This document shows positions 9,834 through 18,787 of a DNA stretch of 46,766 nt, piece by piece. The notes under the pieces are model-generated. The model was not told the origin of the DNA, did not search any database, and was given only the letters and a program-made list of their open reading frames with translations. This stretch comes from Candidatus Heimdallarchaeota archaeon (GTDB lineage Archaea; Asgardarchaeota; Heimdallarchaeia; Heimdallarchaeales; Heimdallarchaeaceae), in the NCBI GenBank assembly GCA_016839945.1, contig JAEOTE010000033.1:1-46766 (forward strand). Reading direction: 5' to 3'. The first letter of the stretch is position 1; every line of letters starts with the position of its first letter. Position numbers and translations under genes: made by a program.

Positions 9834-11759
9834 TTACTCTCCTGGATGTAATTCTGATAATAGCTGATCTGGCATCATTTTCTTTATTTCAGAAAATCTT
9901 GCAAAAACTCTCCAATAATCCACAGATTCTTTTAAGAGTTCATCGTGAGAACCTATCGCTTTTACTTCTCCTTGCTTCAAAACTACAATAATATCTGAAT
10001 GTCTGATTGTAGACAATCGGTGAGTTATAATGAAACTTGTTCTATCTTTTAAAACTCTATTAATTGCAGTATTTATTTTATCTTCAGTTTCTGAATCAAC
10101 AGCTGAACTAGCATCATCAAAAACTAAGATTTTTGGATTTGCAAGTAACATTCTAGCAATTGCAATTCTTTGTTTTTGTCCTCCACTTAAAGTTGTTCCC
10201 CTCTCTCCTACAATTGTCTCATAACCTTTATCGAATTTATCAATAAATTCATCTGCTTGCGCCATCTTTGCAGCTTCTATAATTTCTTCCTCTGTGGCTT
10301 CAGGTTTACCATACGAGATGTTTTCTTTAATTGTTGCAGAAAAAAGAACAATGTCTTGTTCAATAACACCAATGTTGCGTCGAATAGTATCTAGTGAAAG
10401 TTTCCTTACATCAGTACCATCAATATGAATTGATCCATCTGTTACATCATATAGTCTTGTTAAGAGTTTCATTAAAGTTGTTTTTCCACAACCTGCTGGA
10501 CCAACTAATGCTACTCTACTTCCTGCTGGAATCGAGAAATTCACATCTTTCAGTACATTCGTTTTACCATCATAGGAGAATACTGTATGATTGAATTCTA
10601 CATCACCCTTTATACTATCAAGTAGTATTGGTTCTTTAGGTGCTGGAATTATAGTTTGTTTTGTTAATATACTTACGATTCGGTTAGCTCCTGCAAAACC
10701 CATTTGTGTAAGAACTAACATCCACGACATTACCCAGACAGGGAAAAAGAGGTTACCAGCTAGTAATGAATATGTGATTAAGTCTCCTATACCAAATCCT
10801 GATACTGCTATTCCACCAATAGCTAGAGATTGTGTGTTCCATAGAACATAGGTTACAGGATTCCCTATACCCCAATCAATAAGCAAGCTTCCCCAAACGA
10901 TTGATGCACCAACGCCTAATCCTACAAACAACACGGGATAATATTTAGATCTTAATTTACCTCTTGTAATTATCTCATCGGAGAGTTTAACATTTTTATC
11001 TCTAAATGAAACTCTTTCAAAAGGTTCTCGAGCAAAAGTTTTGATTACACTGATTCCTAGAAGTTTTTCTTGTAAATAAGCTGAAAGATTTGAGTAGGAT
11101 GTTTGTATTTGCATTGATATAGGTCCAACTGATTTGTAGAATCTTCTTGAGAAAAAGAAGATAGGAATTGTAATGATTAATGGAATTAGCAGTAAAACAG
11201 GAAGACTATTCCAATAAGGTGAGATAGCTATCATAGTCCCAATAGCGAATAAGACGCCAAAAGTTGCTGCATACGCTAAATGAATTACAGGATTCACAAA
11301 GAAGTTTACCATTCGTGTATCAAATGTAGCACGTGCCATCACATCACCTGCTTTAACTTCATCATGAAATGTCATTGATTTTGATAGCATTGAAGCATAA
11401 TACTCATCTCTAATATCGCGTTCTACTCTTTGAGAAGTTACTTCAATTATCAAACCTGAAGCAAAACTAGCTATTCCACTTACTATAGTCAAAATCAAAA
11501 TGATAAATGCAAAATTTGTTATTTTCTCCCATGTTCCTGAAGGAGCTAATATTTCATTAATTAGGTTTCCTAATATAAGCGGAGTTATCGCACCTATTGC
11601 AGCACTGATTGTAGCAAAAATGAAGAACAAACCAATCAAGCCTTTATGAGCTAAAACATGACTGAATACCCACTTAAGATGACTTTTTTTACTAAATTTA
11701 TCCATAATCTGATCATAAAATTCTCCTGTTTGAGGTATTGAGGGAGTAACTGAAGTCAT
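9834..11759 (-). CDS. ABC exporter half-transporter (TMD+NBD), TM287/TmrB-like subunit
   Basis: Walker A GPAGCGKT, signature LSGGQKQR, degenerate Walker B LVFDDAS, ITHRL. Lies 5 bp from its partner gene. Confidence 0.93.
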   Translation of the reverse strand: MTSVTPSIPQTGEFYDQIMDKFSKKSHLKWVFSHVLAHKGLIGLFFIFATISAAIGAITPLILGNLINEILAPSGTWEKITNFAFIILILTIVSGIASFASGLIIEVTSQRVERDIRDEYYASMLSKSMTFHDEVKAGDVMARATFDTRMVNFFVNPVIHLAYAATFGVLFAIGTMIAISPYWNSLPVLLLIPLIITIPIFFFSRRFYKSVGPISMQIQTSYSNLSAYLQEKLLGISVIKTFAREPFERVSFRDKNVKLSDEIITRGKLRSKYYPVLFVGLGVGASIVWGSLLIDWGIGNPVTYVLWNTQSLAIGGIAVSGFGIGDLITYSLLAGNLFFPVWVMSWMLVLTQMGFAGANRIVSILTKQTIIPAPKEPILLDSIKGDVEFNHTVFSYDGKTNVLKDVNFSIPAGSRVALVGPAGCGKTTLMKLLTRLYDVTDGSIHIDGTDVRKLSLDTIRRNIGVIEQDIVLFSATIKENISYGKPEATEEEIIEAAKMAQADEFIDKFDKGYETIVGERGTTLSGGQKQRIAIARMLLANPKILVFDDASSAVDSETEDKINTAINRVLKDRTSFIITHRLSTIRHSDIIVVLKQGEVKAIGSHDELLKESVDYWRVFARFSEIKKMMPDQLLSELHPGE

Positions 11760-11911
11760 CTTTATTCAAACCTTTATTCGATATCAATAGATAGTTATTG
11801 ATTAAGTATAGATTGCTTTTACTAAATTTTGTTAAATTTTTTTCTAATGAAATATTAACTTTCCTTTTACATAGATATATTATTTCGATATTAAAATAAA
11901 AAGAAAAAAAA

Positions 11912-12931
11912 TTAGTCGAGAACCAACCATATTTCTACAATGTTATTAATCATTTGTAGAGGATCTATAGATGGTCCTACTAGCATCAAAGGAGCATCAC
12001 TGCTCTTGAGGAATGCTGAGTTTTTCATTGCTGCTAAAATGTAACTATCGTTTCTTGCAATATCCTCACTTCTTAGAGTTATTTCTTCCTCTGCAAAATT
12101 TTTCAAAATAACGTCATATCCCGATGCAGCTAGAGAATCATTAAAAGTTGTATAAAGACTTCCTTCTAGTTCTCCATCAAATAGAGATATTATTCTCCAG
12201 ACAGCTACTCCTTCAAAAGTATTTATTCTATCTCCATCTTCAAACTGATAATTTAATCGAAGATCTGAATCATTTATATGCATTAATGCCTCGAAAGTTG
12301 GTTTATCTATACTATCATTATTAATCCCATAGAGATAAACTATCCAAGAACTTTCGGAAGTGAGTTTTATTTTAACAACATCTCTTACCCAAAAAGAACT
12401 ATCAGAGTAATAATCTTCACCTTCAACTGGGATTGCAGCGATTCTTAAAACTCCTGCACCTGATGTATCTATCACACCATCAATTTCATAAGCTAGTATA
12501 ATACGGAATTCCCCAATTCCCACATATTCTCCTGTTTCATTATCATAAGAGGAAAAATCACCATTTAACATTTCACTTGTAAAGGTTATTGTATAGTTGT
12601 CAGCAGCTATAACTTCAAGCTCTTCTCCAGAAGCTAAACCACCCACTTCATCTAGAAGAACATTCAATTCAACACCTTTGTAAAAACTAGGTCCTACAAG
12701 TGTTCCGGTTGATTTTCTGTAACCTGCATAACCAGTTATATTTGGAAAACTCATAATGTCAGATAATGTATAATTTTTGGTTGAAGTACCCCCTTCAAGA
12801 GTAAGAACAATTTCTTTATCATCTCCATTTTCTTTTTCAAAAAAAACACCAAAATAAACTCCTAAACCTATACTGGAAATTGCTATAATTGAAATTAATC
12901 CATAGAGAATAAATCTGTTGCTTAAATTCAT
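11912..12931 (-). CDS. Membrane-anchored protein with tandem molybdopterin-oxidoreductase-like (Oxidored_molyb-like) domains
   Basis: N-terminal TM helix, then two repeats: YKGVELNVLL...IAADNY...ILAYEIDG...LRI...WVRDVVKI and FEGVAVWRII...ILAAMKNS...PLMLV...INNIVEI. Confidence 0.6.
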   Translation of the reverse strand: MNLSNRFILYGLISIIAISSIGLGVYFGVFFEKENGDDKEIVLTLEGGTSTKNYTLSDIMSFPNITGYAGYRKSTGTLVGPSFYKGVELNVLLDEVGGLASGEELEVIAADNYTITFTSEMLNGDFSSYDNETGEYVGIGEFRIILAYEIDGVIDTSGAGVLRIAAIPVEGEDYYSDSSFWVRDVVKIKLTSESSWIVYLYGINNDSIDKPTFEALMHINDSDLRLNYQFEDGDRINTFEGVAVWRIISLFDGELEGSLYTTFNDSLAASGYDVILKNFAEEEITLRSEDIARNDSYILAAMKNSAFLKSSDAPLMLVGPSIDPLQMINNIVEIWLVLD

Positions 12932-13070
12932 GCTTGGAAATCATTTATTGTAATTATAAATTTTCTTAAATGTAGAGTTTAAAGTAAAAAATAATAAAAC
13001 AATGTGCTTCCCTTTATGCCAAAGGGATATATACAAATAAATTAGATATCGTTTAAAAGCGGTTGCACAA

Positions 13071-14327
13071 ATGGTTTCCAAGTACTTCAAAATTATCATT
13101 ATATCCATATTATTACTTGGGGTACTAGTTCCTGTAATTTTCTTTAGTTTTTATAACCAAACTGAAAGAGAAAAAGAAATTGACTTGTGGTACACTTACG
13201 AAGGAGGGGATGTGATTGAAGAAGCTATTGAAGAGTATGAGCTATTAAATCCATCTGTAAAAATTAATTTTATAGAACAACCATCATCAGGATGGTTAGA
13301 CAAATTTATCAGCGTTGCTCAGACTGGAAATGCACCTGATATATTCCTTGCTAAAGGTTCTTGGTTTGGAGAATTAGCTGACTTAGAATATATTCAACCT
13401 TTAACAAATTTCCTCTTACCAACAGAAGAAACGAAATTTCTTCCAGCAGCAATAAATGGTCTAAGTTATAGAAACGAGCTTTGGGGGTTACCACTTTGGT
13501 TTGATTCTATTCTTTTGTTTTACAATAAAGATTTATTCGATACCAATGGACAGTCCTATCCCCAAGAGAATTGGACAAATGTAGAGTTCTTAGAAGCAGC
13601 GCTTAATATTACAGATAGATCAAAACCAGTCGAAGATCAAATTTATGGTCTTGTTTGGGGTACTATTTCTCCTTATATGTGGCCAGCTTTTCAATATGGT
13701 TTTGACCATGGTCCTTTATACCAAGGAGGTTCCATAATTGTAAATGATTCAGCTTCTGTTTCTGCCATAGAATACATTTATGATCTCAAGTATATCCACA
13801 GATGCGTCAAATATGATGATAGTAGTAGTTCTGCAACACAGGCTTTTATCACAAACAAGGGTGCAATGTTAATTTATGGGGGATGGTATATTCCAGAACT
13901 AAACGAACTAGGAGTGAATTATGGGGTGCAGGTTCTCCCTAAGATTTCTTCAACAAATCAGAGAATTACACCAATGGTAGAAGTAAAAGGTTGGGGTATG
14001 TCAAAAGACAATCAACATTTGGACATTAGCTATGATATCATTAAATTCTTATCATCCAAAACAGTGCAAGAAAATCTACTAATTGAAGAATATAAAGTCC
14101 CAACTTTGAAAGAAATCACAAATTCACCTCTTGTGCAAAATGAACCATCAATACTTACTCAAATCAAACAAATAGAATTCAGCCAATACTACCCACTTGA
14201 TCCAATATACAACATCTATTCAGATTTTATGAGAGCAGCTCTTATTTTCACTCTCTTGAATCATGAGGATATTCAAACAACTTTAGATGAAGCTCAATAC
14301 AATATTGAAGCTAATCGAGATGATTGA
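13071..14327 (+). CDS. Carbohydrate ABC transporter substrate-binding protein (SBP_bac_1/MalE-like)
   Basis: N-terminal anchor, then GNAPDIF, LWGLP, LFYNKDLF, F..NKGAMLIYGGW. First gene of the ABC importer operon. Confidence 0.9.
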   Translation: MVSKYFKIIIISILLLGVLVPVIFFSFYNQTEREKEIDLWYTYEGGDVIEEAIEEYELLNPSVKINFIEQPSSGWLDKFISVAQTGNAPDIFLAKGSWFGELADLEYIQPLTNFLLPTEETKFLPAAINGLSYRNELWGLPLWFDSILLFYNKDLFDTNGQSYPQENWTNVEFLEAALNITDRSKPVEDQIYGLVWGTISPYMWPAFQYGFDHGPLYQGGSIIVNDSASVSAIEYIYDLKYIHRCVKYDDSSSSATQAFITNKGAMLIYGGWYIPELNELGVNYGVQVLPKISSTNQRITPMVEVKGWGMSKDNQHLDISYDIIKFLSSKTVQENLLIEEYKVPTLKEITNSPLVQNEPSILTQIKQIEFSQYYPLDPIYNIYSDFMRAALIFTLLNHEDIQTTLDEAQYNIEANRDD

Positions 14328-17300
14328 AATGAATAAAAGAAGAAGAAGAAGAAGTATAGGAAAGAAATTACTTCTGTTTATTTTTTTAGGAGGATTCTTA
14401 TTCTTCTCATTATTATTCAATACAGGAGAATTTACGGTTGCTCAAAATGAAGATGTTGTTTTAACTTATATAGGTGATAGATATATCGTAGTCAACTGGA
14501 CAGTACCAACTTCTTCAATCTATGATGGATTTAGAATCGATTATTATGATTTCAATCTGAATAAGAGTTTTACATGGTCTATAGTATTATTAAATGAATC
14601 TGAAGAGACCACTTATGAATACTTTTCCCAAGTAAACTACTCAATTAGTGAGGAGCTGTATTTATCACAGAAACTTCAAACAATCAACTTTACTGTGTAT
14701 TTAGTAGACATTACCTCAGAAACCATTCAAGCAAAGATTACAGGATTTCAGCCTGTTCAAATTTATTCAATTTCAATATATTTGGTAAATACATCATTAG
14801 TTTTAGATGATGGCAATTATAAAATACACACCATCTCAGAAGAGCTTTTTTGGGAATCAAATCAAATAGAAACTCTTCAAAGTTCAGAAGATCAATTGGA
14901 ATATTCAAAATTAGCAACTTCTCTTTCAATTTTAGTAATAGCAATCATCTTCATCGCACTTTTCGTTTATTTTGCTAAGAAAGATGTTCCATTCAACAAA
15001 ATTGCATATGTCTTTATTTTCCCAGCACTTCTTGCTTTAGTACTTCTAGAAGTCTATCCAATACTTTATGGTATTTTTCTTTCATTCACTTCCTATAACC
15101 TGCAAAGAGGAGAAAATCCCATTTTTAATGGGATAAAAAACTATGCACATATCACAGAAAATCCACAGCTTCCCATAGCTTTTACAACTACTTTAGTTTG
15201 GAGTACGCTGATAATTATTGCTAAAATTGTGATAGGATTCATTCTTGCTTATATTATTCAATTCAAAGTGAAAAGGAAGAAGCTTTGGTATTTGGTTTTG
15301 TACATTCCTTGGGCAATTCCTTCTTACATAAAGATTCTTTCTTGGAGAACTTTTGTACACGGTAATGGTGGAAGCTCTTTCTTCAATTTACTTTTTGGAA
15401 CGAATGTTAACATGCTAACTCAGCCATATGTAACGTTGATAATAGCTTGTTTTGTGGAAGTTTGGGATTCTATACCTTTGATAACAACACTCTTCTTAGG
15501 AGGATTAAGTACAATTCCTAATGAATTAAACGATATAGCAGATATTGATCAAATTCGTGAGGGAACTAGAATAAGAAAAGTAGTTATTCCTTTAGTCAAA
15601 CCAATAATTCTGCCAGCAATTATTCTTGAAATTATCAAAACTTTTGGGAGTTTTAATGTTGCATTTTTGTTAACAAAAGGATATCCTCTTTTATCATATG
15701 GTACGAGTGAAGTTGGAGTAATAGGTGCTACTGACCTGTTTAGTACATTCACTTTCTATATGTTTTATCAAAAAAGGGACATTGGTATAGCAGCTGCTTA
15801 TTCAACCATAATGAGTATTCTGACTTTGTTCTTTGTATTGATTTGGATGAAAATGTCAAGAGGAACTCAAAGCACATTTCGACCTGAAGAAAAGAAAAGA
15901 CTGCCAAAAAGTCGTATCACACTTATTATTCTCTTCGCCTTGCAAGCAACAGGATATCTTGCTGCTGGAATAACCGATTTTAGATATTTTGGAATTCATT
16001 GGAATCCTTACCTTAGTTTTGTTTTTTCAGCTGCTTATTTTTTGATGGCATTCCTATGTCTGAGATATCCAAATAACTTTCTTAAGATAATCAAATACAC
16101 AATACTTCTTGATCTTATTTTATCACTTGTGCAATTCTTCTTTTATCAAATGTGGTATGCTTTCAATTGGAATATTTTTGTTATTGCAACAGAGTTATAC
16201 ATCCTTTCTAATATTCAAAGTTCAGACTTATCTATCATAAAACTGAGAATTCTCGAAGAAATAAAAAGCACATATACTCGATTATTTACAAAAATAAAAG
16301 ATATTGCTTTTCGAATTGATGAGAACATCATTCTGTTAAATCCTCTTCATGGAATTATGTTAGTTCAAATTTTAGTTACATTCCTCTCAGCTTTTACGAT
16401 ACAAGTAAATATCTGGCTTCCTTGGCTTGTTTTCAGTATTTTTACTTGTATATTGATAGGTAGTCTATTTTCTGAAATAGTACTGAAAGTATCCATATTT
16501 CTACAACCTTTACTCTGGTTAGCTTTAATTTTTTCAAAATATTCATCAGGATGGATATTTATTCTTGGATTTATTTCGTTGTTGTATATTCTAGGTTCAA
16601 TTAAATTGCATTTTAATGAGAGTTCTTTCAAATCAACTAAAGTTCAAAAGATTTTAGATATTATTTCAGAACCTCGCAATAATTCTGCATTCTTACTTTC
16701 CATACTGCTTGTTGCACTTATACCTCTTTGGAATATATTTTGGATAGCATTTTCCAAAGGAGATAGTACAGTTCCCACATCCTTCTTCCCAGTTAATCCA
16801 ACTGTGGAAAATTTCACTCTTTTATTCACTCAAGAACAGATTCATTTCAATTTTCTTAATTCCCTACTTATCTCAATGGGATCAGCAGCTATTTGCGTAA
16901 TATTAACAACTTTAGCAGCTTATGCATTTTCTAGATATTATTTTACAGGGAAGAGAGAGGTAATGGTAGGAGTTTTTACATTAAAGATGTTTACAGGAAT
17001 TTTAACACTTATTCCTTTTTATCTAATAATGTATAATTTTGGATTAATTGATTCATATTTTGGAGTAATATTAGCGTATAGTACTCATACAATTCCTTTA
17101 GCTCTATGGTTAATTAAAGGATATATGGATTCTATTCCAAAGGAGTTGGATGAATCAGCATCACTAATGGGAAACTCAAAGTTGAGAGTTCTAAGAAAAA
17201 TTATTCTCCCATTAGCTGGTCCTGCAATAGCAATTACATTTTTGTTAAATTTCTTAAGAGCTTGGAACGGTTTTTTGTTAGCATTTGTGCTTCTACAAAC

Positions 17301-17490
17301 ACCTAGCAAATATACTCTACCAATAAAGCTGTATACTTTTATAGGATCAATAGAAGCGAGTGCACCGCAATGGGGATTATTTGCAGCTGCTTCAATATTG
17401 GTAATAATTCCATTGCTCATAGTATTTGTGTTTCTTAGGAATTATATTCTAAGTGGATTTGATAGTTCAACAAGTTTCAGGGAGATATAA
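14320..17490 (+). CDS. Fused sugar ABC permease: FN3-like ectodomain + MalF-like + extra TM linker + MalG-like
   Basis: Two BPD_transp_1 modules with EAA loops IPNELNDIADID and IPKELDESASLMG. Likely start is ATG 14320 or 14329 (ORF track gives 14287). Confidence 0.85.
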   Translation: MIEMNKRRRRRSIGKKLLLFIFLGGFLFFSLLFNTGEFTVAQNEDVVLTYIGDRYIVVNWTVPTSSIYDGFRIDYYDFNLNKSFTWSIVLLNESEETTYEYFSQVNYSISEELYLSQKLQTINFTVYLVDITSETIQAKITGFQPVQIYSISIYLVNTSLVLDDGNYKIHTISEELFWESNQIETLQSSEDQLEYSKLATSLSILVIAIIFIALFVYFAKKDVPFNKIAYVFIFPALLALVLLEVYPILYGIFLSFTSYNLQRGENPIFNGIKNYAHITENPQLPIAFTTTLVWSTLIIIAKIVIGFILAYIIQFKVKRKKLWYLVLYIPWAIPSYIKILSWRTFVHGNGGSSFFNLLFGTNVNMLTQPYVTLIIACFVEVWDSIPLITTLFLGGLSTIPNELNDIADIDQIREGTRIRKVVIPLVKPIILPAIILEIIKTFGSFNVAFLLTKGYPLLSYGTSEVGVIGATDLFSTFTFYMFYQKRDIGIAAAYSTIMSILTLFFVLIWMKMSRGTQSTFRPEEKKRLPKSRITLIILFALQATGYLAAGITDFRYFGIHWNPYLSFVFSAAYFLMAFLCLRYPNNFLKIIKYTILLDLILSLVQFFFYQMWYAFNWNIFVIATELYILSNIQSSDLSIIKLRILEEIKSTYTRLFTKIKDIAFRIDENIILLNPLHGIMLVQILVTFLSAFTIQVNIWLPWLVFSIFTCILIGSLFSEIVLKVSIFLQPLLWLALIFSKYSSGWIFILGFISLLYILGSIKLHFNESSFKSTKVQKILDIISEPRNNSAFLLSILLVALIPLWNIFWIAFSKGDSTVPTSFFPVNPTVENFTLLFTQEQIHFNFLNSLLISMGSAAICVILTTLAAYAFSRYYFTGKREVMVGVFTLKMFTGILTLIPFYLIMYNFGLIDSYFGVILAYSTHTIPLALWLIKGYMDSIPKELDESASLMGNSKLRVLRKIILPLAGPAIAITFLLNFLRAWNGFLLAFVLLQTPSKYTLPIKLYTFIGSIEASAPQWGLFAAASILVIIPLLIVFVFLRNYILSGFDSSTSFREI

Positions 17491-18612
17491 ATGAAGGTAA
17501 AGATAGAAAATCTAACTAAAAAATATGGAGAAAAAAGTGCTTTAAAAGAAGTGAACCTAGATGTTCCAGATGGAAGTTTCATAGTGATTTTAGGTCCTTC
17601 AGGGAGTGGAAAAACCACATTACTGCGATTATTAGCTGGATTATTATATCCCTCAGAAGGTGAGATATTCTTCAATGATGTCAATATAACAGGGAAACCA
17701 GCTAACAAAAGAAATGTAGCTATGGTATTCCAGAATTATCCTTTATTCCCACACATGACTGTTCTTGAAAATCTTAAATTCCCATTAGAGAGTCAAAGAG
17801 AAGGTAAAATTTTCAAAAGAAGATTAAATAGTGATGAAGATATTCAAAAGAAGGTAGAGGAAACAATGAAACTGCTTCATATTGAAGAACATAGTGAAAA
17901 ATACCCCTCTCAACTTTCTGGTGGGGAGCAACAACGAACAGCAATTGGTCGAGAACTAATCAGAGATCCTGTTCTCTTTTTATTTGATGAACCCTTATCT
18001 CATATTGATGCAAGGTTACGTCATGAAATGAGATCTTGGATTAGAAGATTGCATAGTATAATAAAGAAAACGATGATTTATGTAACACATGATCAGTCAG
18101 AAGCTAGTTCTCTGGGAGATTTAATAGTTCTACTAAATGAAGGAGAGATTGTACAAATTGGATCTCCAGAAGAATTATACAACAATCCAGTCAGTAAATT
18201 TGTTGCACAATTCATTGGTAACTATCCGATGAATTTTCTTCCATTTACAGCCAAAAAAGGAAAAGTATTATTGAACGAAAAGGAAATTTCTGTTCCAAAG
18301 AATATCTCATCAATTATAAAAGAGAAAAAAATCGAAAATGGTGACTTTGGATTCAGAGCTGAATCTATAAGAGAATTTGATCCTAAGAAACCAAAAGAAA
18401 AAGATATGTTAAGTTTGGAGTGTACTGTTGAATATAGCGAAAAGATTTTGGATCAACAAATATTAAGTTTGAAGTTTGATGATAGAAAAATTTTCTACTT
18501 AACAAAGACTAAGAAGACGTTCAAAGAAAACGATCTAGTTACTATTTTAGTTCATTTCGAGAACATACATATCTTTAATGAAACAGGTGAAAAATTGTCT
18601 TTAAACGTCTAA
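17491..18612 (+). CDS. Sugar ABC transporter ATP-binding protein (MalK/SugC family)
   Basis: GPSGSGKT, VAMVFQNYPLFPHMTV, LSGGEQQR, LFDEPL, YVTHDQ and a C-terminal TOBE-like region. Abuts the permease stop codon. Confidence 0.93.
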   Translation: MKVKIENLTKKYGEKSALKEVNLDVPDGSFIVILGPSGSGKTTLLRLLAGLLYPSEGEIFFNDVNITGKPANKRNVAMVFQNYPLFPHMTVLENLKFPLESQREGKIFKRRLNSDEDIQKKVEETMKLLHIEEHSEKYPSQLSGGEQQRTAIGRELIRDPVLFLFDEPLSHIDARLRHEMRSWIRRLHSIIKKTMIYVTHDQSEASSLGDLIVLLNEGEIVQIGSPEELYNNPVSKFVAQFIGNYPMNFLPFTAKKGKVLLNEKEISVPKNISSIIKEKKIENGDFGFRAESIREFDPKKPKEKDMLSLECTVEYSEKILDQQILSLKFDDRKIFYLTKTKKTFKENDLVTILVHFENIHIFNETGEKLSLNV

Positions 18613-18787
18613 ACCTTGCATTCTTAATCCATTGAGATTATAACAACTTATTAATATATATTAGCTTATTATTACGTGAGAATACAAGTATTGATGCACA
18701 ATAGTTTGTGCTTTCCTAACTTTGTGTTCTTCAATCCAGATTTGTTTGGTTGAAATCTGTGGGGTAATTCATCAATCTAAAGTGGAA

